A stretch of 64,000 nucleotides of DNA from NCBI RefSeq assembly GCF_009914755.1, contig NC_060929.1. One strand, 5' to 3'. This document shows, in pieces, positions 28,638 to 41,943 of the stretch (position 1 is its first letter; each line of letters starts with the position of its first letter). Source of the DNA: the human T2T-CHM13v2.0 reference genome, Homo sapiens. The notes under the pieces are model-generated. The model did no database searches. It saw nothing but the letters and a program-made list of their open reading frames with translations, and had not been told where the DNA came from. The position numbers and the translations under genes were made by a program.

Positions 28638-28971
28638 AAGACTCTGAAACAGCTGCTAAAGAGAGCAAACCGGGATGAATGTATAACCTATTATTAGCAG
28701 ATAGCATTTTGATACCCCACTCCTAGTTCAATCCTAGTTTATTTCTTTTTTGCCTCATTTCTCTCATTTTTAATTTTTTTATGTTGAGCAACTTTATAAG
28801 CAACTTAAAACCTTTTTTAGGCACATCAGTTAATCTTTTGTGTTTTGTAGAAATAATAAAGAAGCATAAAAAAGATCTAGTCCCTCTTTGCTGAAGAGGA
28901 AAGTATGGGGCAAAAAATCATGAGGATGCTATTTACTGCTGCCTGGATATTGAAGTAACATGTTAGGAGCC

Positions 28972-29321
28972 TGTCTTAGTCCATTTGGGATACTATAACA
29001 AAATACCATAGACCAGGTAGCATGTAAATAATAGACACTTATTTCTCTTGGTTCTGGAGGCTGGGAAGTTCAATATCAAGGCACTGGCAGAAGGATCCCA
29101 TGTTGGTTTATAGACAGCCATCTTTTTGCTATAACCTCCCTTGTCAGGAAGGCAAGGGCCTGTCTTGGGCTTCTTTTATAAGAGTTCTAATCCCATTCAT
29201 AAGGGCTCTGCTCTCATGACCTAATCACTCCCCCAAAGCCCTTCCTCCTAATACCATCACGTTGGGGGTTAGGATTTCAACATGTAAATTTTGGGAAGAT
29301 ACAAACATTCAAACCACTGCA
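28972..29321 (-). mobile_element. MaLR solo LTR (MLT1A/MSTD-like)
   Basis: tgtcttagtccatttggg...ggttctggaggctgggaagttcaatatcaagg...aaacattcaaaccactgca. Confidence 0.85.
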
Positions 29322-29897
29322 GAACCTTTAATAGAACTGCCTCATCTTCAAAGTCACAATAGAGGAGGCCACTGAGATTGAGTGTGCTTCCCCACCTATC
29401 AAAACAGCAACCATAAAGAACACATCCCTGAGTAGGTAAGTAATCTACATCCCAACATGAAGGCTTAATTACCATTTCCCCTTTCTGTGATTTTACACGT
29501 AGGATTTACTGTAGACAGTTTTGAGTTACCTTGACAGAACCGAATAAACATTTAAACACATATTATAAAAAGGTTGTAAGTTTTTCTTGCTTTCAAATGA
29601 CTGAGCACCAACCCAGAGCCTTCACATTTAACTCACTGCTATAAGTGCTCTAAAGGAAATGTTTGCTCTTCTGAGAAATGGTATTAGACACTGGATTAGA
29701 GGTGATGACAACTTTGTGGATTAAGACCTCTGATAAGCTTGCTGTTGCAAATATATATATATATATATATTAACCAAACATTTGAATAGCATGTAAAATG
29801 AAATATGAATACAGTTAAGTGTCATATATGATTTCTATACATGAGTAGACATTACAGTGTTACAGCAAAGAAATTAAACCAATTTGCATACTAAAGT

Positions 29898-30160
29898 TAA
29901 TGATAATAATGGCTGTCCTTTACTGACTCCTTATCACATGCTAGGTATATGCTAAGCACTTTGATTACCTCATTTATCCCTCACAACAAATTTATGGGGG
30001 AAAAAATAGATTTTATTTATATTTTACAAATAAGGCTAATGAGGCTCAGACAGGTAATTTCTTTCACCCATAGTCACAAAGCTATTAAAAAGCAGTGCTG
30101 GTGCTCAAAGCCAGGGCTATCTGATTCAGAGTTCACATCGGTAAGCTCTTCACTTTCTCA
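29898..30160 (-). mobile_element. MIR
   Basis: cctcatttatccctcacaac...attttacaaataaggctaatgaggctcaga. Confidence 0.8.
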
Positions 30161-30315
30161 CTGTTTTGTGAAATTATCATGTTCTTTTCTTCACTTCAGA
30201 ATGACCCAGACAGTGGTGAGTTTTGGTGTATTTCCACACATAATCCAACCCAGTGAGATTAGTCTCTGTTCTATGTGACAACAGGCAACAGAATCTTTAA
30301 GCAAGTCTTTAATTT

Positions 30316-31579
30316 AGAGGTTGGTGCAAAAGTATGAATTTTAAATCATTTTATAACTAAACACATCTTTATTAATCAAAATAGAATCCATTACAATGAA
30401 CACATTTTTGCCAACAAGAAATAAGTTTGTTTATTCCTGTAGTGTAAAAATCTGTGCTTCTGGATTTGATGAACTGTTGGAAAGCATTTTCTGCATCCTG
30501 CTGGTTGTGGAAGCATTTTCCCTGCAAAAAGTTGTCGAGATGCTTGAAGAAATGGTAGTCGGTTGGCGAGAGGTTAGGCGAATATGGCAGATGAGGCAAA
30601 ACTTCAGAGCCCAATTCATTCAACTTTTGAAGCGTTGGTTGTGCGACGTGTGGTTGGGCATTGTTGTAGAGAAGAATTGGGCCCTTTCTGTTGCCCAATG
30701 CCAGCTGCAGCGTTGCAGTTTTCAGTGCATCTCATCGATTTGCTGAGCATACTTCTCAGAGGTAATGGTTTCGCCAGGATTCAGAAAGCTGTAGTGGATC
30801 AGACCAGCAGCAAACCACCAAACAGTGACCATGACCTTTTTTTTGGTGGAAGTTTGGCTTTGGGAAGTGCTTTGGAGCTCGGTCCAACCACTGAGCTGGT
30901 CATCGCCAGTTGTCCTATAAAATCCACTTTTCATCGCGCATCACAATCCGATTGAGAAATGGTTCATTGTTGTTGCATAGAATACGAGAAGATGACACTT
31001 CAAAACGACAATTTTTTTTTTGAATTTTCTTTCAGTCAGCTCATGAGGCACCCACTTATCCAGCTTTTTCACCTTTCCAATTTGCTTCAAATGCCCAATG
31101 ACAGTAGAATGGTCGTCATTGGGTTCTTTGGCAACGTCTTGTGTTGTTGTAAGAGGATCAGCTTTGATGATTGCTCTCACTTGGTCATTGTCAACTTCCG
31201 ATGGCTGCCCACTAGGCTTCTTATCTTCAAGGCTGTCGTCTCCTTTGCAAAACTTCTTGAACCACCGCTGCTCTGTACATATGTTAGCCACTCCTGGGCC
31301 AAAATGCATTATTGATGTTGCAAGTTGTCTCCACTGCTTTATGAGATATTTTGAACTAGAATAAGAAAATCGCTCGAATTTACTTTTTGTCTAACATAAT
31401 CTCCATAGTCTAAAATAAACATAAAACAAACAGCAAGTAATAAGTCATTAGCAAAAAAACCATAAATCGAGAAATGCCCACTAAAATGATGTATAATATA
31501 ACCACATTTATTTAAGAATGTATTCCATTATCAAATGGCAAATTCCAACAATGGAAATTCCTTTTGTACCAACCTAATA
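30316..31579 (-). mobile_element. Hsmar1 mariner DNA transposon, near full length, inactive
   Basis: TIR remnants aggttggtgcaaaagta (30318-30334) and cttttgtaccaacctaata (31561-31579). Transposase fragments contain WVPHEL, DEKW, YSPNLSPTDYHFF and a C-terminal WQKCVHCNGFYFD. Confidence 0.95.
30372..31406 (-). pseudogene. Disrupted Hsmar1 DD34D transposase ORF
   Basis: Starts MEIMLDKK*IRAIFLF*FK at ATG 31406; in-frame stops and frameshifts; HDNA motif changed to YNNA. Confidence 0.92.
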
Positions 31580-32893
31580 TTTTCTCCTGACTCCTCTCCA
31601 CACACCTAGGTAATAGGCCAACTATATGAGTAAGGAAGAGCAGCCCTGACCTTTACGAAAATTGTGTTGTTTAAAAGCACATGATACCTTCCCAAATGGG
31701 ATGGATATCACACTTTTGAATTTTCAGTGTGTTTTTAAATTATTTCCATTTTGTAGCACATGCAAGATTTATTTGAAGAAAGAAAAAAAATAAAGAAAAG
31801 AACAAATAAACTATTGTACCATCATAAAGGGAAGTGTTTGAAGATATTAGCTGGCCCAGCTCCACAATTAAGAAGTTTGGCTACAATTAAAAACTTAAGA
31901 ATATCAGTCAAAAATATTTACTGTCTATTAGATCATCATTTTTTTAATGAGAAGAAATTTAGAAAGTGCATAAGGAGACAGCCTTACATTGTTTAAAGCC
32001 AGTTTTAGACTATTTGGACTTTTCTTATACATGCATGAGTATGCTCAGAAATTCAAATTACTCTGCTGTTCCTATTTTATTTCACTGCCCTGAAATCCTG
32101 TTGTTGAAACTACAAGACTTGAAAATAACAGGAACATCCTGTTGACAAAAATAAATTCCTTATGATAAAATATTTTTCAACTGAAGCCAATTTTTTTTGG
32201 ATGGGGAAAGGGCCTTGGTGGGAGAGGGGATTGTGAGTGACAGAATGTTGGTTTGGGTTCATTGCTCTTTCCTCCTAGCTTTGCTCTCTCTCCTTCTAAC
32301 GGAATTAGTTGTATTATTTTACATGAATTTTTGTATTATGCAAAAATGTTGATGTGTGGTGTCTTTGAAAACTGTTTTATGGAAGGAATACGTGTGTCTG
32401 TGCTGCCCAGGTATTACTAGTGAGTATTATACTTAGGAATGAGCATGTTTAGTGTGATGTTCACTAAACACTTGATTTATTCAATAGTCCCCTAACCCCT
32501 GGGAATGCATATGCAAAGAATAAAATGTTTCAGACATTTGCTTAACAAGGGATTTTAGATTATTTGCAGAATATGGTCCCTGAAAACATTTTAGGTTATT
32601 TTTCCATGGAGTCTGACTTACGCTGAGAAGCCTCATTATAGCACTGACCAGGAGTTTAAACAGTCAGGTGCTGGGCAGGCCTCAGAAGTCCTTGCACTTG
32701 GTTTCTTCACCCATCATGCTGGAGGGAGGGTGGCATGACCTCTACTATCCCTTCTAGTGCTCAGATTCAATGAAGGAACTTATTTTTTAAAGAAGGAAGT
32801 GCTGTTATCTTTCTAATGGGCAGCTCAGAATGGCAGGGATATTAATAGTGGCCTGCATTCCAATAGTCAACACTGAGATCTTCCAGCAGTCAC

Positions 32894-33000
32894 CCCATCC
32901 AGAATGCAGGCTTTGAAAGGCTAGAAACCCTCCCTCTTCCATAAAATCGTTAGGTAATTGACCTTTTTTTTTTTTTGGCATCTTTTGCCCTCTTTTTGGA
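32894..33000 (+). repeat. Dispersed direct repeat, copy A (no repeat family recognised)
   Basis: First 64 nt match 35517-35580 at 58/64; shared tail cttttgccctctttttgga. Confidence 0.9.
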
Positions 33001-33159
33001 AGCTTTGTGGGAGTGGGACAGTAGTATGGAAGATAAGAAACCCTAAGTTTAAATCCCTAGAAAAGCCCCTGAACCAATAGTCAATTTACTGCTGCTAACA
33101 CCACTGGCCAGACTGGTTTGTCAGTCACTGGTGGTGTGATGGTGTCATGTTGGGCTTCC

Positions 33160-33350
33160 TTATTACGTGCCTCTTTTTGAATGACCCATCATTACCTTGA
33201 CTTTTCAAATTGGACCAAGTTTCAACACTGATTTTGCAGAAACACACATGAGTCATGAGGAAAAGTAGCAAAGGGAAAGTTTTCCTCCTTCCCCTCATGC
33301 GGACGTGCTGTGGACACAGGCAGACAATCATAATTGCATGACTGAGTCAC
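33160..33350. promoter_or_regulatory. Candidate enhancer motif cluster (2x AP-1, 2x RCGTG/HRE, C/EBP-like)
   Basis: TGAGTCA at 33249-33255 and 33343-33349; TACGTG 33164-33169; GACGTG 33302-33307; TTGCAGAA near 33234. Motifs only, no functional data. Confidence 0.35.
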
Positions 33351-33619
33351 CTTACACACCTGCTGATCGGTAAAGAACTCAAGAGAGAAAGAGCTGATTT
33401 CACCTGCCTCTTCCACAAAGTCTCCTGACTACCCCAACTGAGGCACTGTTTTCTTTCACTGAACTCATACTGCACAGCACTTTTCTCTGACACATAAATA
33501 AATGTGATGAATGTTCACACTTTCCTCTCTACTATTTGGTATCTTCTCTTTTTTAATGCAAATTAAATCTTGTATACTGTATACATAGGAGGATTTGGGC
33601 TTAGCAATAGACGACAGTG

Positions 33620-33870
33620 ATCATGGTTATCTTTTATTGAGTACCTACGGCATGCCAGCCTCTGATCCAAGACCTTTACATGTATTCACTCATTTGGTTC
33701 TCACTGCACTCTTGTAAGGTAGATGCCATTGTTTTCCCTATTTTATTTTTTGGAAAACTGAGCTGTGGAGAAGCTACATACTGAGTATGTGGAGAAGCTA
33801 CATAGTTGCAAAGTCAATAAGAGGTGTACCTGGGATCCTTCCAAATATCTGGCCTCAGAGCCTTCATTAT
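33620..33870 (-). mobile_element. MIR with small internal duplication
   Basis: tattgagtacctacgg...ggaaaactgag; tgtggagaagctacat duplicated within 33757-33803. Confidence 0.75.
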
Positions 33871-34136
33871 TACCAGTATTTTTTTTGCAAGCAGAATTAT
33901 TCTAACCCATCAGTAAAAGGCTTCTCCTCACTCTGTCCTTCCCCCTACATTATACCCTCAACAGCAAGATCATTTTCTTTTGAGAAGCTTCTTTACAAAA
34001 ATCATAAAGGAGCTCTCTTGACATCTGTCTATCTAGCTCATTAGACGTGTCTAGTTTAGGGCAGTTCAAATTGGGACTTTTAAAATGTTGCCTCTACATA
34101 TGTATGATCTAATTCTTACCACTTCAAAGCTTCAGG

Positions 34137-34180
34137 GAAAGTGAAATGTGTCATTTCCCCCTCAATATTGGGAATTCCCC
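34137..34180. promoter_or_regulatory. IRF/ISRE-like site next to palindromic NF-kB site
   Basis: GAAAGTGAAA at 34137-34146; GGGAATTCCC at 34170-34179. Motifs only. Confidence 0.3.
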
Positions 34181-34672
34181 ATAAAGTGGATAAAATTTTA
34201 GCCTGTATTTCCTTTTAGTTTTACTTTCCTCTTCTGAAATTAATTCATGACCTCTATCTCAAGTTTTCTCCAGATTTTTGGCCCATATTTCTTTTTAACA
34301 TTTATCAAATATCCCTTGCATATTGGCCTTTTACATTTCTTAAGTTTCCAGTTTTAACTGTAACATTGCAGGACACATAAAAATGATAAATAAATACTAA
34401 TTAATAGTAACATCATAGACTAGCAACAATCCAATATGAGCATATTTAGGGTTTAGATATCTTAGTACATTTTTATGTACTAACCCATTACACAGCAAAC
34501 ACCAACGTCCTTACATATTTATTCAATTAAAAAATTAGGATACCAGGATTGAAATGGGCTCTGCAACAGAGCTGAGTATTGGATTTGAGACATAAGTCAT
34601 CTACAACTTAAGATAATAACCTTAAAATGATGGACATATAACCTCATCTACTCACACTGTCACTGTTTTCTT

Positions 34673-34869
34673 GCTGTTTGTTTGTTTGTTGCTGGGGGGC
34701 GGGGCAGCAGTTTTGGTTCTTTTGCTTGTTTGTTTGTTTGGTTTTTTGAGACACTCTGTTGCCCAGGCTGGAGTGCAGTGGCATGATTATGGCTCCAGCC
34801 ATCCTCCCACCTCAGCCTCCCAAGTAGCTGGAACTACAGGCACACTCCACCATGCCTGGCAATTTTATA

Positions 34870-34912
<43 letters not shown>

Positions 34913-35029
34913 TAGAGACGAGGTTTCACCATGTTGTCAAGGCTGGTTTCAAACTCCTAGCCTCAAGAAATCCCCCAACCTCAGCCTCCCGAAGTGCTGA
35001 GGTTACAAGCATGAGCCACCACACCAAGC
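34673..35029 (-). mobile_element. AluJ with internal deletion, (TA)n linker and long complex tail
   Basis: TSD cactgttttctt at 34661-34672 and 35030-35041. Confidence 0.9.
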
Positions 35030-35516
35030 CACTGTTTTCTTAATAATTGAAAGTTACCTTACTATTTCCAGAATTTCATGATTAAAATTTTAATAATAGT
35101 GCAAAGAAATGTATAGTGTATTTTAAACAGAGTATGACTAACTTTAACCGATGATTTCTTAATGGTTTTAAGTTATTTAGGATCACCAGTTATTGCAATG
35201 TGCTGCAAATGTTAATGTGACTAAAGATGGCAAATATGGGTGTGACTGAATGTTCACCCCTGCAGGGGATGCTCTAGAAGTTTTTTCTTGGAGCATTTGT
35301 AACTATCACATAAAGCCACATATGGGGCTAATTTCCAGGTCAGTGTAATGTGGCTACTGTTCTCTAAAATGTGATGAATAATTAAACGTTTAATTATCCT
35401 TCTACAAAATGATTTTTGCCCTTTTGAGGAATCAAACCATTGCTGTGAGGATTTTTTTGCCAGTCAGACATCTACAACATGAATAGTGGCCAAGAGTGAC
35501 ACTCATTGGGCATAGA

Positions 35517-35621
35517 CCCATCCAGAATGCAGGCTCTGAAAGGCTAGAAACTCTCCCTTTTCTAGAAAATCATTAGGTAACCAGCCTTTTCTTTCCAGGC
35601 ACCTTTTGCCCTCTTTTTGGA
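35517..35621 (+). repeat. Dispersed direct repeat, copy B
   Basis: Aligns with 32894-33000. Confidence 0.9.
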
Positions 35622-36419
35622 GCAAGAGGTAAGAACAGGACACCTTGAATACTCTAGGACAACGATATTTTCCAGTACCAAACAATTTTGTTTTATGAGA
35701 GAACATAGAGCATTCATACATACAAAAAATAACAAGTCAGCCTGACCTTATTCTGATGAAATGCTGATGGGGCTTGATTCACTGGAACCTACCTGGAATG
35801 AAGTTGGCAAGCGGTGTCCAGTGGATTTATTTCAGCAGTTTTATCAAGTTGCTTAGGGAACAGGCTGCTCAGACTTGAGTTTCTTGGAAAAAGACTTTAA
35901 CCTACTAATAGTTGGAGTCCATTATTTGCCTTTGGAATTATATGTAAATATATTTAACTCCTTAATGAGCCAGGGATGTGGGCAATTCTTCCTTATTAAC
36001 CAAGAGCTAATTATTTACAATATAAGGTGGTATTTTAATGTAGCCAGTATATCTGACTACTTCAAAATCTTAGTTTAATATCAAATGAAATCAAATACCT
36101 GCTCTTTTCGAATTAGATGAAATAATATTGCTGTAATGTGTCCATTTTTCTTTCCTCAATCTTTTCAAGCAATATAAGCATATAAGTACATTTTAAGCAC
36201 TTAAAAATGAGCCCAATTCTTGTTCCTTGGTCCTTTGGCATTTTTTGAGGGATTTGTCAATATGTAGAGTTAGTTAGCAATTCTCACCATGGTGTGGAGT
36301 GTGCTCTAAAACAGGTAGACATGATAGTGATCCTGTGCATCTTCAAGAGCAATGTTGTTTAAAGAATAGTTGTGTGTTCACTCCCTTTTTCTCTCTATCA
36401 CTTGCTCACTAGCTATGTT

Positions 36420-36970
36420 TTAACTATGGTCATTGTAGTTGCAGGTAAATCCACAAGAGTTATTTCAAGTTGAAGGGGGGTGGGAGTATAGCAGTATACC
36501 ACAGGCATTCCCGTGGATATTCAAAAGTGGTACAGTTGGACCTCAGGAAACCTAGAACTAGCATGCTAGAAACCAGAGCCACATTGTTCTTCTTTTAGAG
36601 ACCACAGAGTCTCTCATTTGTGTGTTGTTACTTGCATCTGAACCCTCTTCTTCTTCTCTCCCCTTTTCTCTTGCTTCCTCTTCCCCTTTCTCTGTTCATT
36701 TATTCTGAAGATTTGTTTGTTTGCTCCAATATGGCCATTTGCCCTGACATCAACTCTAGTGTCCACCAATAATGTGCAACTGTCCCTGTCAAATTCTCAA
36801 GGGCAAAAGACAGATTGGCTCAGCTCAGCTTTTAGAGCAGAGTCACCAAATTATAAGTCAGGGGCAAGCAAGAATCGTTGTCTCTGAGGCAGGTGCTCAT
36901 CTCAGAACTAGTCATCTGTGGCTGGGAGAGTGGGGGTGGAGGATGTAGCACAGGGGTCCCCCTTTCCAGA
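36420..36970 (-). mobile_element. Old MaLR LTR remnant (MLT1 late-letter subfamily)
   Basis: gattggctcagctcagc...caggtgctcatctc...catctgtggctggg resembles an old MLT1 LTR. Confidence 0.4.
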
Positions 36971-37409
36971 AACTTTGAGTAGCACAGGTCACTGTGGAAT
37001 ATGTCTGTTGCACTCACACAGAAACCTTATTCCTTCAACAGCTGTTTAGATGCAGCAGAACTGAATATTAACGTCGTAGCACACCCACTGCACCCCAGCA
37101 CTTTCCTTCCCATCTCGTTTGGCCAGTCTGCAGATCTGCGGTATCCTCTGTCACTTTACTGCTAGCTCTCCTTTTCTGCAACATTCAGATTGCTTCTGAA
37201 CATTGCATCTGAACAGCCCAGGCTTCTAAATATCACAGATCTCTGTTTTTCTATCCCTTTTGCTTTCAGCTGTTTTTCTTTCTTGCTGGTTCTTCAGGCT
37301 GTTGTGACCACCATGTGCTGTGAAATCTCTGTCTGATTCTTTTTGGAGTTCCATAGCCCCTTGGCTCCCTACCAAAGAGATGTAAAGATTAACTAGTTAA
37401 TTAGGTTAA

Positions 37410-38276
<867 letters not shown>

Positions 38277-38347
38277 TTAATACACATAGGAAACACCTGG
38301 GAAACTTGTGAAACTGCAGATGAGATTCAGGAGCTCCATAGGGGAGC

Positions 38348-38395
38348 TGGTGGTGGTGGTGGTGGTGGTGGTGGTGATGGTGGTGATGCTGATGG
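38348..38395. repeat. (TGG)9 plus degenerate TGG/TGA triplet repeat
   Basis: Seen directly; source of the poly-His ORF at 38209..38445. Confidence 0.95.
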
Positions 38396-41300
38396 AAGAA
38401 CAACACAAATTCCAGTAGAAGACTAGATTCAGAAGTGCTGTGCATTTATTGTAAATATATTCTACCTGATAGGAGTGACCATGCCTTAGGCATCTTTATA
38501 TGCCCTTCCATGCCCAGCACTGTAGCTGGTATGTGATTGATATTTAAATGTTGATTGGATTATGATTGAGCTGAGGACACTTGAAATACAGGATTTTCTA
38601 TGCCATATTTTTAAGTGAGAGGTTTTCAAAAACTGCTAAGAACCAGTTAAATCAATAAGCATTTCTTAAGGATCTGATTGTGCAAAGCCCTGGGAGAAAT
38701 GTAAAGAAAATGTTACAGTCCCTGTCCTCAAAAGAACACTGGCATATTTACCACTAACTTGAATATGTCTATACTGGAATTGTGGAAATAATTGTCAAAT
38801 TGTAGAGGTACAGTGAAGGCCAGTGAGCCTGTTTATAGTCCTAGCAATTTGACGTTTTATAATTTAGGTGTTATTTTCCCCATATATACATAACAATAAT
38901 GGGTTCTAGTTATGTTTCAGTGGGATAATGCATGTGAGGATTGGGTTTCATACCCTGCACACAGTAAATGATTGCTAGCAGTAGTAGTAGTGGTAGTAGT
39001 AATACTTAATTAGTCTTAATTATCCAGCCAGTCCAGTTTAGGAAAAACTGTTCCCCTCTCCCTCTCTTTGCTTTCTTAATGTTCCATTTCACTTTGTAGA
39101 GATTATCTGTAGTTTAATCTTGATGTTGTTCAAAGTATAAACTTAAACAAAAATGCATTTTAGAATGTAGTTGATTCCCCTGGATATGAAAATTGCTGTA
39201 TGCTCTACAACAGAAAGACAGGAAGAGGAATATATTTTCCTACCTTACAACTGTTTAAACCCAAGCTGTATTTCTCCTTTTCTCTGATGTTTTCATAAAT
39301 TTATTCCTTTAAAAAAATTAATGTGCTTAAAGTGTTTCTCTAAGTCTTTCCAGCCATTTTGGATTGACCAGGAAATACGTACACACACAATGCATGCATG
39401 CATAAATTCACAGGCGAATAAAAATGTATGTTAAATAAGAGCGTTATCTTTGGAAAGAATGTAAATTGAGTATACAAGGAAAGGAATATTGAAATCATAA
39501 ATAGTGTCTTAGACTTTATAAAGGATAAGCATCTACAGAATTAATAACATCTGTATTCTTCAACTAATAAAACCAATAAGCAGATATACTGTACTCTCTA
39601 TACAAATTAGAAACCAGTTTGTGATAAATGGTGAACAATTCTTGATTGCTAGATCATCCCATGTACTCCCCATATAAAGTAGGTCATCACTATGAATTTC
39701 CATGTAGAGAAGAAAAAGTTGAAGTGACAAATGTATCTTTTAATGTAGAGGCTATCATTGAAGAAATACTCAGGAGACCTCTGAGGGAGGCTGGCACATG
39801 AGCCTGTGAATCATGACTATTATCCTTGTCTTAGAAGTACTCACAAAGAAGACCTTGGAAACATTTATTGTCCTTTCACTACCTGGGTCCTTTTCATTAC
39901 CTATGTAACCCAGATGTAACCTGGCTGTCCAGCTGCCTGGATTCCTTCAGATTTTCCAGTTTGCCAGGGTCAACTTGTTCTTTAAAATATAATGTAAATG
40001 GACTCAAATCACAATCTCATGCACAGGGAGTTCCCAGCATCCATTCCAGTATTTTTAGTGGTTGTAAGCGGAGTTCATGTCTCTCCTGGACCCCTCTGCC
40101 TCTGAGTTCCTTCTTACGAATATTTCAGACAGGAATAAAGAAGTTGAAATACTCCATGCCGCCCACATAAAATTTTTTTAAATCAAATTGGGTAACGCAA
40201 GTGAAAACATTTCAGTAAGTATAAAGCATTACCGAGGAGAGATAATAATCTTACTAAATTAGAAAGTGAGTTAAAGCATTGGGAATGCTCCGAGGGTAGA
40301 CTCAGAGGAGGAAAAACTGAAGGTAATGAAACAGCATCTACTTGTTTCATCTGGCGAAATATAGGGAAAAGGATGAAGTCCTGACAAGACTTTGAAGTGA
40401 ATTAGAATTGTCTGTAGGTTCTAATAAGAAAATCTATCCATGAAAGTTTAAAAAGGAACAGTAAAAGTTATGTGGTTGTAAGACCCCAAAAGACTATTCA
40501 ACACCCGAAGAGAGAGAGATTCCTGAAGTTCTTTGAAGCTGGTTGAGCTGCAATTACAGAGAACACATTCTCCTCACCTTTTTAAGGAAGCAAATCCACA
40601 TGGCCGTTGTCTCATTTTCTCTTCTCATATCTGCCAGATGTGTTCTTGAAGCAATAGCTGCACGTTAATCAGCTACTTCCACAGCCCTGGTGCGGGCATT
40701 GCCTTCTTTCTGCTTATTTCTTATGTTACATTCAGTTTTTCCAAGAATTCATTCCCAGCCTTATTTCAAAAGCTACTCTAACATGATATTCACAGTTTCC
40801 TAACACCCCTGATCACTTTATGTGCTCTAATCCTCAAACTAACTACCTGAATATACTGTACCTCTAATTTGGGTGGACTGGAGGAAATTCTGGTTGGCGA
40901 GGCTACTTTTTTTTTCTCTCAAGGGTAGAATATAGTTCATTTATCTTGAACATTTTTAAGTATTTGGGAGAAATTTTATTATACAGCAGTAGAAATTTTA
41001 TTCAGACAGTATTGCTCAGAAAATAATACCTATCAGCTTTAAAAGAAGAGTTAAAAGGTAATTTAAAACAAGAAGGTGTTAAGTATATGAGACATAATTT
41101 GGGGATGTGGAATCATAGCTGGTCCCAGCTCCTCTCCATGGACCATCAGGGAGTGGCAGCCCATTTGTTATCTGCACCATGGGTTACCCTGATATCCCTG
41201 CCTCCTTTGCAAATGTTAAGTGTTTCACAACAGTGTCTGACTCCCTGAACCCTAAGAGGTAGTACACAAGGCAGGCAGTTTTTGTTTGAAGGAGATTGGG

Positions 41301-41644
41301 ATGGAGTCCTGGCTGGACAGCAGTGAGCAAGGGGATGGGCCCTGCAGTTCTGCAATGCTGTAGATAGAGAAGAAGGCAAGAGGAGCTGCCAACGAGAACA
41401 GGCATGCTGTGGGAGCAAGCCCTCCTCCTTAACATTCTGGCCCAACATTGACCAAGTGGAGGATGAACATGGAGTAGGTACTCTCAGGGGCCTATTACTT
41501 CTGAGAAGTCATGACTTGTGGAGCTCTGAATAAAAGGAGAAAAGGGGATGGCTTCAGGATTGGGTCATTTTCCTGCCCCTTTTCTGAAAGGATGAGCCAT
41601 CAATGTCAAGTCATCCTATAAGTAGGGAGAATTGCAAAGGAGAT

Positions 41645-41943
<299 letters not shown>

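Noticed and set aside
30372-31364. Mariner ORFs as SETMAR or an active transposase
   Set aside because: Multiple stops and frameshifts, no SET exons, second catalytic Asp mutated.
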